A stretch of DNA of 64,000 nucleotides from Lama guanicoe (taxonomy: Eukaryota). Shown one piece after another: positions 52,920-62,995 of this stretch. The DNA lies in the NCBI GenBank assembly GCA_013239625.1, contig MU054323.1, positions 1,178,001-1,242,000 on the forward strand. The letters run 5' to 3'. The notes below the pieces were generated by a model. That model saw nothing but the letters and a program-made list of their open reading frames with translations. It had not been told where the DNA came from and ran no database searches. Every line of letters begins with the position of its first letter. The first letter of the stretch is position 1. The translations under genes and the position numbers were made by a program.

Positions 52920-55330
52920 ATGGCTTCTCCGGGAGAGAGATGAAGGTGTCCTGTTTTCCAAACTGGATTCTTGAGATTGTGACGGTGGCACATTGTGGTG
53001 TCCTAGGTTATTCTCCCTACTCCCAAGCTTTCCCACCTGGCCTTCCTTCAGGCTAGTTACAAGCTAAAACATGACAATCAAGTGGACAGTCCACACTTGC
53101 ATAACCCAGATATCAACTGGGGTATCATGTCTTTTTCCATTTTTAATGAAACTGGCTCAAACGTCTTTCTCCACTGTCACTTCATTTCTTTCCAATATCC
53201 CAGGGAGTTTGGGTTTCCTCAGAGCATGTACAGACTACTCTGGACCAATCCTCTCTTCAAACACCCCCACATGAAATAATGTTCAGGAAGTATAGGGATT
53301 TTTGCCACCCATTCCGATGTTGGCTTTCCTGCCTTCCTCCTTTGACTAATTAGAAAACTTCCACCTTTGTTTTCTTACTAGATGCTGGAAACATTTCTTC
53401 CGACTCTCCTCTCCATGGTGATAACTTCCATACTGGGTCTCTTGAAACCCAGGGAAAGTTTCTAATCCCTTCTTTTGTCCAGGACAATAGGTTGAAGCCT
53501 AGCTTTGTCCTCCAACATTCCTCTTAGAAGTCAGGATCCTCTCTTTCCTGGAACTCTGACCTCCAAAGTGTTGCTATGGAAGGTAGCTGTCCACTTTTAC
53601 TCTCTCTAGAGCTTTTACCTCCAGAAAAGAGATGGGAAGCTCTAGGAATGAGCTTGATCACTACCAGGGAAATAGATGGCTCGGTCTTCCAGTCTGCTTG
53701 TATATTCTCATCCTTCCCAAGCCTCAGCTTCCACAAGATTCAACCCAGATTCTCTTGGCATAAGCAAAGTTTCCTAAGAAATACCCATCATCATTTCCCA
53801 TAGTCAGAACAAAGGGGTAATTCCTCTCATCAAGGTCCCAGGATTCTGCTCCATGTATAATCCCCACTTGGACCTGAGTAATACTTCCTGCCATGCTTGG
53901 GTTCATCCTCATCGCTGTTGACACAATGTCCTGAACCAGTCAGTATCAGTGTACACTCCAAAGACCCAGGTACAGAGAGCAATTTGTGAGTGTGGTCACC
54001 AATCATGCTCTGAGGACCACCTCCTCCCAAAAGTATAGGTAGAAAGCGCATTCATCTCTACTTCCCAGGTCCTTTACTGTCAGAAACTCAACCTCAGGTG
54101 GCTAAATCAAACCCATGTCAACATCCTCTTCCTCAATTAGAGCTGGAGTTTCCAATGCTGAGGTTTTGTTCCAGGCTATTCCCTGAGAGTAGACGACACC
54201 ACTTCCTTCTCCTCTTTGTCTAAAATTAACCTTACTAATCAGGGAATTGGAAAAATTCCCCAGTTCTACATAGCAGCTCAAATTCTTAGAGCAGAATTAT
54301 ACCATATATAATTGTAACCAATCACTCCAATTGTCCTTTGGATCAGTACATCTACTTTTAAAACATATTCAGAAGTCTTCAATGAGTTCATTCATAGTTT
54401 AAAAAAAAGACTGACACACAGATAGTTCTAACCATACTTCTGAGAAAACTTGCTTCCATAGAATCTATGTAGATTCTACCCATATTGCGGACTTTAAGTA
54501 ATGTTGATAGCCCAAAGTCATCAAGAGAGATATCTGACATTCTGAGATTGCAAATGGATTGTGTATACAGTTTCGTGGGTTTCCTGTCAGTTGGCTTTCC
54601 CTTGCTGCCTCATAGATCCTTCAGCATTGCAGAATCTCCATGGTATGTTCACCATTCACAATCCTTCTCTCCAGCGCCTGAGAATACCTCTTCTTTTATA
54701 CTGCACATGGCCTCTCCCAAATTAAGTTTGTTAATGTGTCTCCCAGTATAAGTTCATTGACCTGAACATTCTTGCCCAGTGGTTTGATCAATAGCAATCT
54801 GCCATGAGATTCCTAAGACCTCCTGGATGACAATAAATGCAAAGAAAAATACAGAGATTTTGGTTTACAAGATGTCTACTTGACTAGAGGATTTCTCGAG
54901 CCAAAATGTTTGGAAAGTGCTGCATATAACTGATTTTCTGCCTGAAATATGGAGAGAGAGACAGAGAGGGACTAAAACTATGAGGGTGATCTCAGCTTTG
55001 TAGCATAAATTCCCTCTGACTTTGGGGTGGTATTTCAAGGACAAGTACAGTCTCCTAGTTGCTTATTACATCTTCTCCTGTATCATGAAACTCTTTGGCA
55101 GCCATTGTAAGAACAAGCCCTGCCTCCATCTTAGAGTAAGAATTGTATGTAAAATAGAGTTGAGTATTGCATAAAAGTGAAAGCTCACACTGACAAAAGT
55201 AACCTGAGTGTTATTTGATGTGTGTTCTATCTTATAAAATAGGCTAAAACCCATTTTATTTCCAGTAATAAACTCTGGGTAAGGAGAACAGTTGGTTTAT
55301 GAGTCAGTTCTTGATCTGAGTTACCGTTTC
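52920..55330 (-). mobile_element. Decayed Ty3/Gypsy internal region (MamGyp-int-like): PNMA-like gag plus possible integrase C-terminal remnant
   Basis: Manual minus-strand translation across stops and frameshifts gives, in order: MAAKEFHDTGEDVISN*ETVLVLEIP from ATG at 55105; VFSG (54687-54676); W-EHTMEILQC*RIYEAARESQL (from about 54654); QKYG*; P*LVRLILDKEEKE (54238-54203); RNYPFCSDYG-DDGYF...ENLG*ILWKL (about 53826-53724); GGSFLISQRRKAGKPTSEW...PY...EERIGPE*SVHALR (53365-53220). Confidence 0.7.
53700..55105 (-). pseudogene. Disrupted PNMA-family-like gag reading frame
   Basis: Motif order and spacing parallel recalled PNMA/MOAP1 proteins: LLVxGIP, LRVFSG, WLEHTxExLxxW, QxxGEK, LxxLIREEE and CxxCGEDGH. 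Multiple stops and frameshifts. Confidence 0.65.
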
Positions 55331-55344
55331 CATATTAATTGAGT

Positions 55345-55430
55345 TTGTTTCTCTTCCTTCCTTCCTTTCCTTCCTTTCCTTCCTTTCCTTCTTTTCTTTC
55401 TTTCCTTCTTTCTTTCCTTCTTTCTTTCCT

Positions 55431-55488
<58 letters not shown>

Positions 55489-55615
55489 TTCCTTCCTTCC
55501 TTCCTTCCTTCCTTCCTTTTTCTTCCTTCCTTCCTTCCTTTCTTTCTTTCCTTCTTCCTTCCTTTCTTTCTTCCTTTCTTCCTTTCTTTCTCTCTTTCTC
55601 TCTTTCTCTCTTTCC
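55345..55615. repeat. Compound polypyrimidine microsatellite (CTTT)n/(CCTT)n
   Basis: About 270 bp composed almost exclusively of C and T on the plus strand. Confidence 0.97.
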
Positions 55616-55770
55616 TTATTATCATACTATCATCCCCTCAGTACTGTCCTTGTTATTAAATATACTGACTCTGGTGTAGAATGCACTCCCTTTCCTTGAT
55701 GTCACAATCTCTGTATCTTACTCCTATAATAAATGAATGAATAGAACATACAGAACAAATTTTTGTTTTT

Positions 55771-56202
55771 CTTATGGATTGAATTCACCCCTCCAAAAAC
55801 AAAAAGCTGTTGAAATGCTAATCCATAGTATCTGTGTATATGGGTTTATTTGAGTATAGGGTCTCTGCAAATGATCAAGTTAAGGCCATAAGGGTGGGTC
55901 CTAACCCAGTCTGTACCCTTATAAAAGCAGTAACAGAAATTTGGACACAAGTAGAGACACATGGAGGGAAGATAATGTGAAGGCACAGAGAAATCAACAT
56001 CTACAAGGCAAGGAATACCCAAGGTTACAAGAAGCTAAGAGAGAAGAATGGATAGATTCTACCTCACAGCCCGCTAAAGGAACCAATCATGCCAACATCT
56101 TGATTTCAGACTTCCAGCCTCCAGAGCTGTGAGACAGTAAATCTCTGTTAGGCCACTCACTTTTGTGGTACTTTGTTACAGAAGCTCCAGGAAACTAACG
56201 CA
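55771..56202 (+). mobile_element. MaLR solo LTR (MLT1B/C-like)
   Basis: ttatggattgaatt...tagggtctctgcaaatg...gccaacatcttgatttcagacttccagcctccagagctgtgagacagtaaat...ggtactttgttacagaagctccaggaaactaacgca. Confidence 0.88.
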
Positions 56203-56309
56203 GCTGTGTAGCAGATTCTACTGAACATGGAGGAACTGGCATGGGGGAGGTTGGTTTACATGGTCATGATGATAACAATCTAAAATTCAGTATGACATTC
56301 TTCCTCTTT

Positions 56310-56585
56310 AAATGTCTCTCAATATTTCTATCATTTTAGGCAGCAGTTCCCTCTTCCCCTTGCTCCCCCTACCCTCTCTCCCCCTCTCCTTTGCTAGGAC
56401 ACAGTCATACTTTTTTTTTTTTTTTTTTTTTTAGAAAAAAAAAAAAGGCATTTCCTCCTAACATTCTTTCAAATGTCTCTCAACTATTCCTATCATTTTA
56501 GGCAGCAGTTCCCTCTTCCCCTTGCTCCCCCTACCCTCTCTCCCCCTCTCCTTTGCTAGGACACAGTCATACTTTTTTTTTTTTT
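56310..56585. repeat. Near-identical direct duplication of about 100 bp plus poly(T), period about 161 bp
   Basis: aaatgtctctcaa...tcattttaggcagcagttccctc...gctaggacacagtcatac(T)n at 56310-56410 and 56471-56572. Confidence 0.95.
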
Positions 56586-57459
56586 CATTTTCTAGGAAAA
56601 GAGATACAGCTGTCTCTCCTTATTTCTGGACACCAGCCAATCCTCAGTTCTGGAGTCCCATCCTCTACCTTCAAATAGCTAACAAAAACGCTTATCTGAC
56701 CAAAGGGTACTGTCTCCCTTTATGTCTTCCCACTGAAGCGCTCTCCTTCTGCATTATTGAGGAGGTATTTCCGATAGACTCAAGTCAACCTCTGTACCGT
56801 CCTGCTTCTTTGGTTGTCTAGGCTTACTGCCCACGTTAGGGGCAGAGAGACTCTCTCCAAGGTCTGAGGCCCTCACTGCACAGAACCAAGCTGGCTGCAA
56901 GTTCCCAGAAGAGAAGCCATTTGTCAGGTTAGGTCTCTGTTCCTATTCATTTCCTCCTCTTCCTCTCAGCTGCTTTGTAAATCTCTCTTAAACAGCACAT
57001 CTTTGTTTCTATCAGTCCCCATATCCCTCATGGGAGCGATTTTTCTGATTATAATCTAGAAATGTAGAAGCCAGACAGCACAGAATCCCGGTGTGAATCT
57101 CTCCAACTCCAAAGACATTCATTAGAACAGATAAATAAAAACACAGCTGGCAGTTGTCTTGCACTAGCTGTTTAATGCCCTGTGCGACTGTTTTCTTATC
57201 ACTTTCTTCACTATCTTTCCTTTCCTTCACAGCATAACAGCAGGTTTACAAACTTGTAATTCTTCACTCTGTCAATATAATTGTCTTCTGTAACCTTGGC
57301 TGGGGGTAAGTACTTGTGATACTTCATTCCTTTTCCAGTTTAGAGGCCATCAGAGATGAATGGGGCTCAACTCTTTCTACTGAATGCTGCACCTAAACAG
57401 AATTATTCACCTTGTCCTCTGTCATTCATTCAGGTCAAAACAATGAAAACATATTAGGG

Positions 57460-57680
57460 ACCATGAGACAGTGATCTTGAGTTATGAATCAGATATCCTG
57501 GGTCTGATAAGTAGACAGATAGACAGATATCTGGAAATAACTTACCAATAGATAGGTATAGATACAGATCTATCTATCTATATATAGATTTTTTTCCTGT
57601 ATGATTTTTGGCAAGTTATTTAATCTCTCAAGATCTCAATTTCCTTTCTGTAAACTGGAGATAATAATACCATAGACCTT
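57460..57680 (+). mobile_element. MIR SINE with an internal degenerate (AGAT)-type microsatellite
   Basis: gaatcagatatcctgggtc ... tgtatgatttttggcaagttatttaatctctc...tctgtaaactggagataataatacc. Confidence 0.7.
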
Positions 57681-58099
57681 GTTTTTTCCTCCACTTTAAT
57701 AAAATTTTCTCTAACTCCTCTTCCAGTTTTCTGTATCTCAGTAAACATATTTATCCTCTTAGTTCACTATAGAAACATGCAGAATGAGTTTTGATTCCTA
57801 TTCCTCCTCCTTTATTCTAACCTATCTTTATCTAACTTGTCACCAAATGCACCCACTTTTCCAATTTCCCACAAATTATCCAATTCCATCCATCTGTACT
57901 GCCAAAACTCTAGTCCAAGTGGTATAGTCTCTTGCCTATAGCACAAAAATGTTTCTATAAATGACATCCATTGCATTTCTCCAACACATTTTCAGGATTT
58001 TTTTTTTTAGAATATAATTCATACCATGAAATTCCCAGATTGAAAACCCCTTAAAAAGTTTTCCAGGGTAAGCTATGCTTTATTAACAAGTGTCTCAAT

Positions 58100-58415
58100 C
58101 AGTGGTGGGAGCCTAGAGGCTTGAGCTTCTATTTGTTTGCCCTGAAGATTATATCAAGAGAATTTTAATTAAATCCCCACATTTAAAAATCAGGACATTT
58201 CATATAAAATTCAGATTCCCAAGTCTCTTCAAAAATTAGAAGATTTGGTCATATTATAACTGATTTCCTATGGCAACAAGAAGTTGGAACAGAGTAGTTA
58301 TCCCAAACTTGGACAAGACATGTCTCTCCCAGTTTGCCACATTACTCACCCATATTGTCTTCTATGGGGCCCACTTCCTGGTTTAAATGTGCATTTGACT
58401 TTTTAACTTCTGGTC
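58100..58415. mobile_element. hAT-Charlie MITE (MER102-like)
   Basis: aaaaatcaggacatttcatataaaattcagattccc...aaaaattagaagatttgg...atggcaacaa...ctcccagtttgccaca, matching the recalled MER102 core. Confidence 0.7.
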
Positions 58416-58579
58416 TGGGTCAGCTGAGGGGAAAGGAGCTGGATTTTTTCCAGTTTGTGTAGAGATCCTGGCCCAAATCTAGAAATGACTTCTTCAAGTC
58501 TGGCATGTATCCATGACTAGACATACTGATATAGAACTTTTTAAGTCTTTATTCTGAAAAACATGTAGAACAAAAGCTC

Positions 58580-59140
58580 ATTGGGAAACTGACAATTGTA
58601 TAATTTAATGAAAATCCTACTATACTCCTATTTGAATGGCCAGGATCCAAATAACTAACAATATCAACTGCTGGCCAAGATGCAAAACAACAGAAACTCA
58701 TTTATTACTGGTGGGAATGCAACATGAAACAATTATTTTGAAAGACAAGTTTGCATTTCTTATCAAACTAAACATAGTCTTACCATACTGTCAAGTAATC
58801 ATGCTCCTGTGTATTTATCCAACTAAATTTAAAACCTATGGTCACAAAAAAATCTGCATACAAATATTTTGAGTATTTTTATTCATAATAACCAAAAACT
58901 GGAAGCAACTAAGATGTCTTTCAGTAGGTAAACAGATAAACAAAATGTGGTATATTTGTACAATAGAATATTCTTCAATGATAAAAATAAAGGAGCTCAG
59001 AAGTGATGAAAAGGCATAGATGACATAGTGCTTATTCTAAGAGAAAGAAGCCAATTTGACAAGGCTACATATTGTATGATTCTAATCATGTGACATTCTG
59101 GAAAAGACAGAAGTACAGAGATGCTAAATAGACCAATGAT
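58580..59140 (+). mobile_element. Old L1 (L1MC/ME) ORF2 C-terminus and start of 3'UTR
   Basis: ORF 58636-58872 (NCWPRCKTTETH...KLNIVLPY) and ttattcataataaccaaaaactggaagcaactaagatgtc. Confidence 0.85.
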
Positions 59141-60152
59141 AAATCAGGTTGCCTCTAAGTGGAATGAATTATAAACTATAGCAAGAAAAAAACTTTTGCC
59201 AAGGACTTTCTCTCCTAGCTAGGGGTACCTGTCCTTTACTGTTGCTCCTTAACCGAGATCAACTCTACTAGTGGCCTCCAACATCCAATAGCCTCCATGC
59301 ATAATCTCTGGCAAAAGCTGGACTAGAAAATACAACTTGAACTTCATGCTACAATCACCACAACATTTTATACAGAGTCTTTGGAATCTACCCAAGGGGC
59401 GAATTTCTCTGAAAAATGGATTTCTGGTCCATTTACTTACCCACTTGCAAGCCGAGAAGCTTACCCCTTACAGAGAGACATTGAATAAGATAGCCCTTGG
59501 CCCTCTTGAAGATTCATGATGAAGGAAGTGAAAGAGAGAAACAGGATGGAGACAATTAACAAGTTTAGAGGCCAACAATAACCTTGCAATTCAAAATATT
59601 GTCTAATAAACATTAGCTTCTAGACAACCAGAGTGGCCACTACCTCCTCCTTGAGGAAGAGCTGCTAAATGGTAGAGAGAGGTGTAAGTTTCCTCCCTAG
59701 AACTTCTCTAAGTTGGAAGAACGTGGGGAGAGAAGATGCCCTTCCCATCCATTCCTGGTTGGTCCAGGCCAAAGGAATTTTGCAATTGCACAAATAAGTA
59801 TTGATGAATAATGATAAGTGAGGTTTGCAGTGGAGATGTTACATAGTAAATACCTGATGCCGGAGTTGCAATGATCTGATGGAAAATTTGTAATGATGGC
59901 GAGAACAAAGAAGTCCCAATGTCCTTATGCTATTCATACTGTGAGAATTTTTTTTCTCTCTCCTTGCTTCCCAACCTCTTACCTTCTCTCATTTTCCCAC
60001 ACCCACCTACCCTCTACATATACAAAGACACAAATCAAGGACAGTTGTGCAGCTTGACTTAGACAAAGGAGAAACACATTCCTGTAAGCACACTGCCAGC
60101 AGAGGTCATTGGTCTTCTATATCTCAAGGGGACAGGAGGCTTCTGAATCATG

Positions 60153-60266
60153 TATGGTAACCAACCGTCCAGGTTTACCTGGGGCTGAGGGGTGTCCTAA
60201 GAGACAGGACTTTCAGAGCTAAGACTGGGTAAGGCCCAGGCAAATCAGGGTAAGTTAGGTACTCTG
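60153..60266 (+). mobile_element. hAT-Blackjack MITE (MER81-like)
   Basis: About 114 bp: tatggtaaccaaccgtccaggtttacctggggctgaggg...ggactttcagagctaagactggg...caaatcagggtaagttaggtactctg, with degenerate terminal inverted repeats. Confidence 0.8.
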
Positions 60267-62331
60267 CCATTACAGATGAGCTGATGAACAGCTCGTATCC
60301 TTGTCAGGGCTTATCCCTGAGGCTCTAGGTTCAAGATATAGACTCAGAAAAGCCAAATTCCTCCCGGAACAGAATGACTGGCATTCTCTGCTTCCCTTAC
60401 TCTAAGTCAAGGGGAGCAGTGCACCAGGCCTTTCTTATGTGTCTGCTGACAAATCTTCAGGAAAGAAAAGAATGAGATTATGACAGGGACTTCCAGCCTC
60501 TAAATTACTTTTTACAACCTCCTCCCACTGCCAAATCTACAAAAGTCAAAGTTGGTAGGAATGATGTGTGGAAATCACACATCCCCTATGCTCACAGAGT
60601 CAGGTGAAGATGGATTCAGGTATGAAAGTGGATTTGGGAAGGGCAAAAGAAAATATTTCTTGGTGAGTGAGGAAAAGCAGCAAAACGAAGAGGTGATTTC
60701 TTTATCAAACAAATAGATAAGGTGAAGAAAGTAGAATACATGACATTAATGCACTTCAAAGAAAGTACAGCATCCTAAGAAAATGGGGGAAACTGGACAA
60801 GAGAGGAAAAAGTCAAGACAGGAAGTGACAATTCCGTAAGTTTTCATGACACAAAGGCAACGACCACCTTAGCCAAATTATATTTAAAAGAAGAGAAGTC
60901 TGCACGTGTGAAGATAATGGTTTCGGAGGGCACTGAGAATCAAGACTATACAAAGACAAATCACACAAATGGTTACTTTTATGTGGGGATTATGAAGCAG
61001 AAGAAGCAAAAACAGTAACTGCGATAGATCTTGATTTGTATTAATTGCTTGACATTGTCTAATGAAATCACACTTGAAACATTAATTGAAATTATCTCAA
61101 ATTAAGGCAGAAATTGCAAAGAAAGCTTTGTGAGAAATGACAATTAACTGGGCCTCTCGGGAGGTGAGCAGTTAGCTGACATCAAGTCTGGTGCTGGCTC
61201 CAGCTCAGTTTATGTCTCCATTAATGATGTGGTGAGGCAGCCACAATGGCTGAACTGCTCGCCTCAGTCTTACTTAACTGTTGGTGGGAGGGTGAGGAAA
61301 TTGGGTGGAAGAGTTAATGAAAGACATGTTCATGAGGACAGATTGACTCATCCTTCAGCATCCATCTACTCACAACTGGTGAGCACGAGAAATACAAGGG
61401 CAAGTTTAATTCTGGACCAATATTTCAGGTAGGTTGAAGGATCTGTAGTTCCTATGACAGCATAGGATTTTGTTTGTTTATTTGTTTGTTGTTGTTGTTA
61501 TTGTTGTTGCTGTTGTTTTGGGGTGTTTTTTTATAACTATGAGAGCTTCTGAAGAGTTTGTTGTAAGAGGAATATCTGAAGAGAAATATGAGGTCCAGAA
61601 AGTCTTCATTTTTTTTAACAGGGAAAAAAGTACCACCATTTTGTTGTTATTGTTTTTCTGATGGGAATGGTGTAGAAGAAAACAAATGGAATTTGAGAGA
61701 AAGCAAAAATAATTGCTAGAATAATTTCATTGCTTAGACAAAAGTGTTTGACCTCTGTAAGAGCACTGACATTTCATATGTAGTAAGGGGGGATATCTGG
61801 GAATTGTGCCCAGGTAGAGATGTGGTGATGGCTATGAGCGAGGTCTCTTCTAGCTGCTCGAGAGCAGTGCAAGTAGACTGTGGCCAACAGACAGGCACTG
61901 TGGTCCACCACCCATTGGTTTCTGGCTCCCAGAGAAAGAGGACAAAATTGAGAGTATGTGTCTAGAAAGCATGATGGCAATCTGTCACAGTGGTTTTATG
62001 TCTGTTGAATCTAATATTAAAAATGTAAGGTTCATTTATTTGTCTGTCCCTATTTTCTTCTCTTCCTTCTTTTTTTGAACATCAGAATAAATACTTACAG
62101 TATTTTTCAAAAGTAACAGATTGGAAATTTTTAAAATTTAGAAATCAAAAAAGAGCAACAGACTAGAAATAAAAAAAGAAAAATTGTCCTTCCCATTCAC
62201 AGTTTGAGAAGCACTAAATCAGGATTCAAGGTCACCACCAACTGAAAGTGTGACTAATAGAAGAGGTTTCAGGAATGTAAGTTTAAAGGAGATGTGAATA
62301 ATTAGAAAAATGCAAGAATGAATGGACTATG

Positions 62332-62506
62332 GTAGTGGATCTTGATGTGTGTTCATTAGACCAGCAGCATCAGCAGCATCTAGAAACTTGTTAGACATAA
62401 AAATTCTTCAGCTCCACCCAGACTAACTGAATCAGAAACCTAGTAATATATGTTCTGTTAAGCCTACTAGTGACTCTGATGCATACTAAATGTTGAGAAT
62501 CACTGG
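62332..62506. mobile_element. hAT-Charlie MITE (MER5A-like)
   Basis: gaccagcagcatcagcagcatctagaaacttgttaga...ccagactaactgaatcagaaac...gtgactctgatgcatactaaatgttgagaatcactg. Confidence 0.85.
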
Positions 62507-62629
62507 ACAAGGGAAATGCAGTAGAATTACTGGGCATAGCACTGAGAATCCATTTGAGGTCAGGATTCATAAATTTAAAGTGAGTTCAGACAGCATGTCT
62601 CAGAATTTTTCTCCTTTTGACACCTCCAT

Positions 62630-62995
62630 TTTAGGACTTCTGACTTCCAGAATTCTAAGATAATAAGTTTGTCTTATTTTAAGTCACTAAACCTGTGGTT
62701 ATTTGCTATAGCAACAGTGGGAAACTAACACACATTGCTTCCAGGAAACCATATGAACTTCCCACAGTCCTCCTTACTCTTCCTTCCTCCACCTAGACTA
62801 TAGATACAGAGGATCCAGCAGAGAGTCCCAAGTCCCTGCTGAAGGGACACCGCAAGACGGCAGCAGCCTGGAGCCTGGAATCGCTACCTAGGAAACCACC
62901 TGTATTGAACTGTTATATGGGAGAGAAATAAACACACTATTCTGTTAAAACTCTGAGATTTAGGGGTTTATGTTAGAGGGCAGCACAGACTAATA
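62630..62995 (+). mobile_element. Two adjacent MaLR (MLT1) LTR 3' fragments
   Basis: First ends ttatttgctatagcaacagtgggaaactaacaca at about 62732. Second ends gagagaaataaacac...ctgagatttaggggtttatgtta...actaata at about 62995. Confidence 0.7.

Larger units (their letters stand above)
55675..57239 (-). mobile_element. Candidate Gypsy-type 5' LTR (MamGypLTR-like), interrupted by an MLT1 LTR and a local duplication
   Basis: Minus strand starts TGTTATGCTG at 57239 and could end ...GGGAGTGCATTCTACA at 55675. It lies upstream of the gag in the same orientation and is about 1 kb after removing insertions. No second LTR was found for comparison. Confidence 0.35.

Noticed and set aside
53830..53960. 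Retroviral aspartic protease motif in TLILTGSGH (ORF 53830-54051)
   Set aside because: The catalytic Asp is absent, and the segment lies upstream of the zinc-knuckle remnant, so it is inside gag rather than where a protease would be.
55095..55110. LTR end plus primer-binding site (TTACA-ATGGCTGCC on the minus strand)
   Set aside because: The ATG opens a frame resembling the PNMA N-terminus, so it is better explained as the gag start codon.
55335..55659. Lys/Glu/Arg-rich and Phe/Leu/Ser-rich ORFs
   Set aside because: Both are translations of the (CTTT)/(CCTT) microsatellite.
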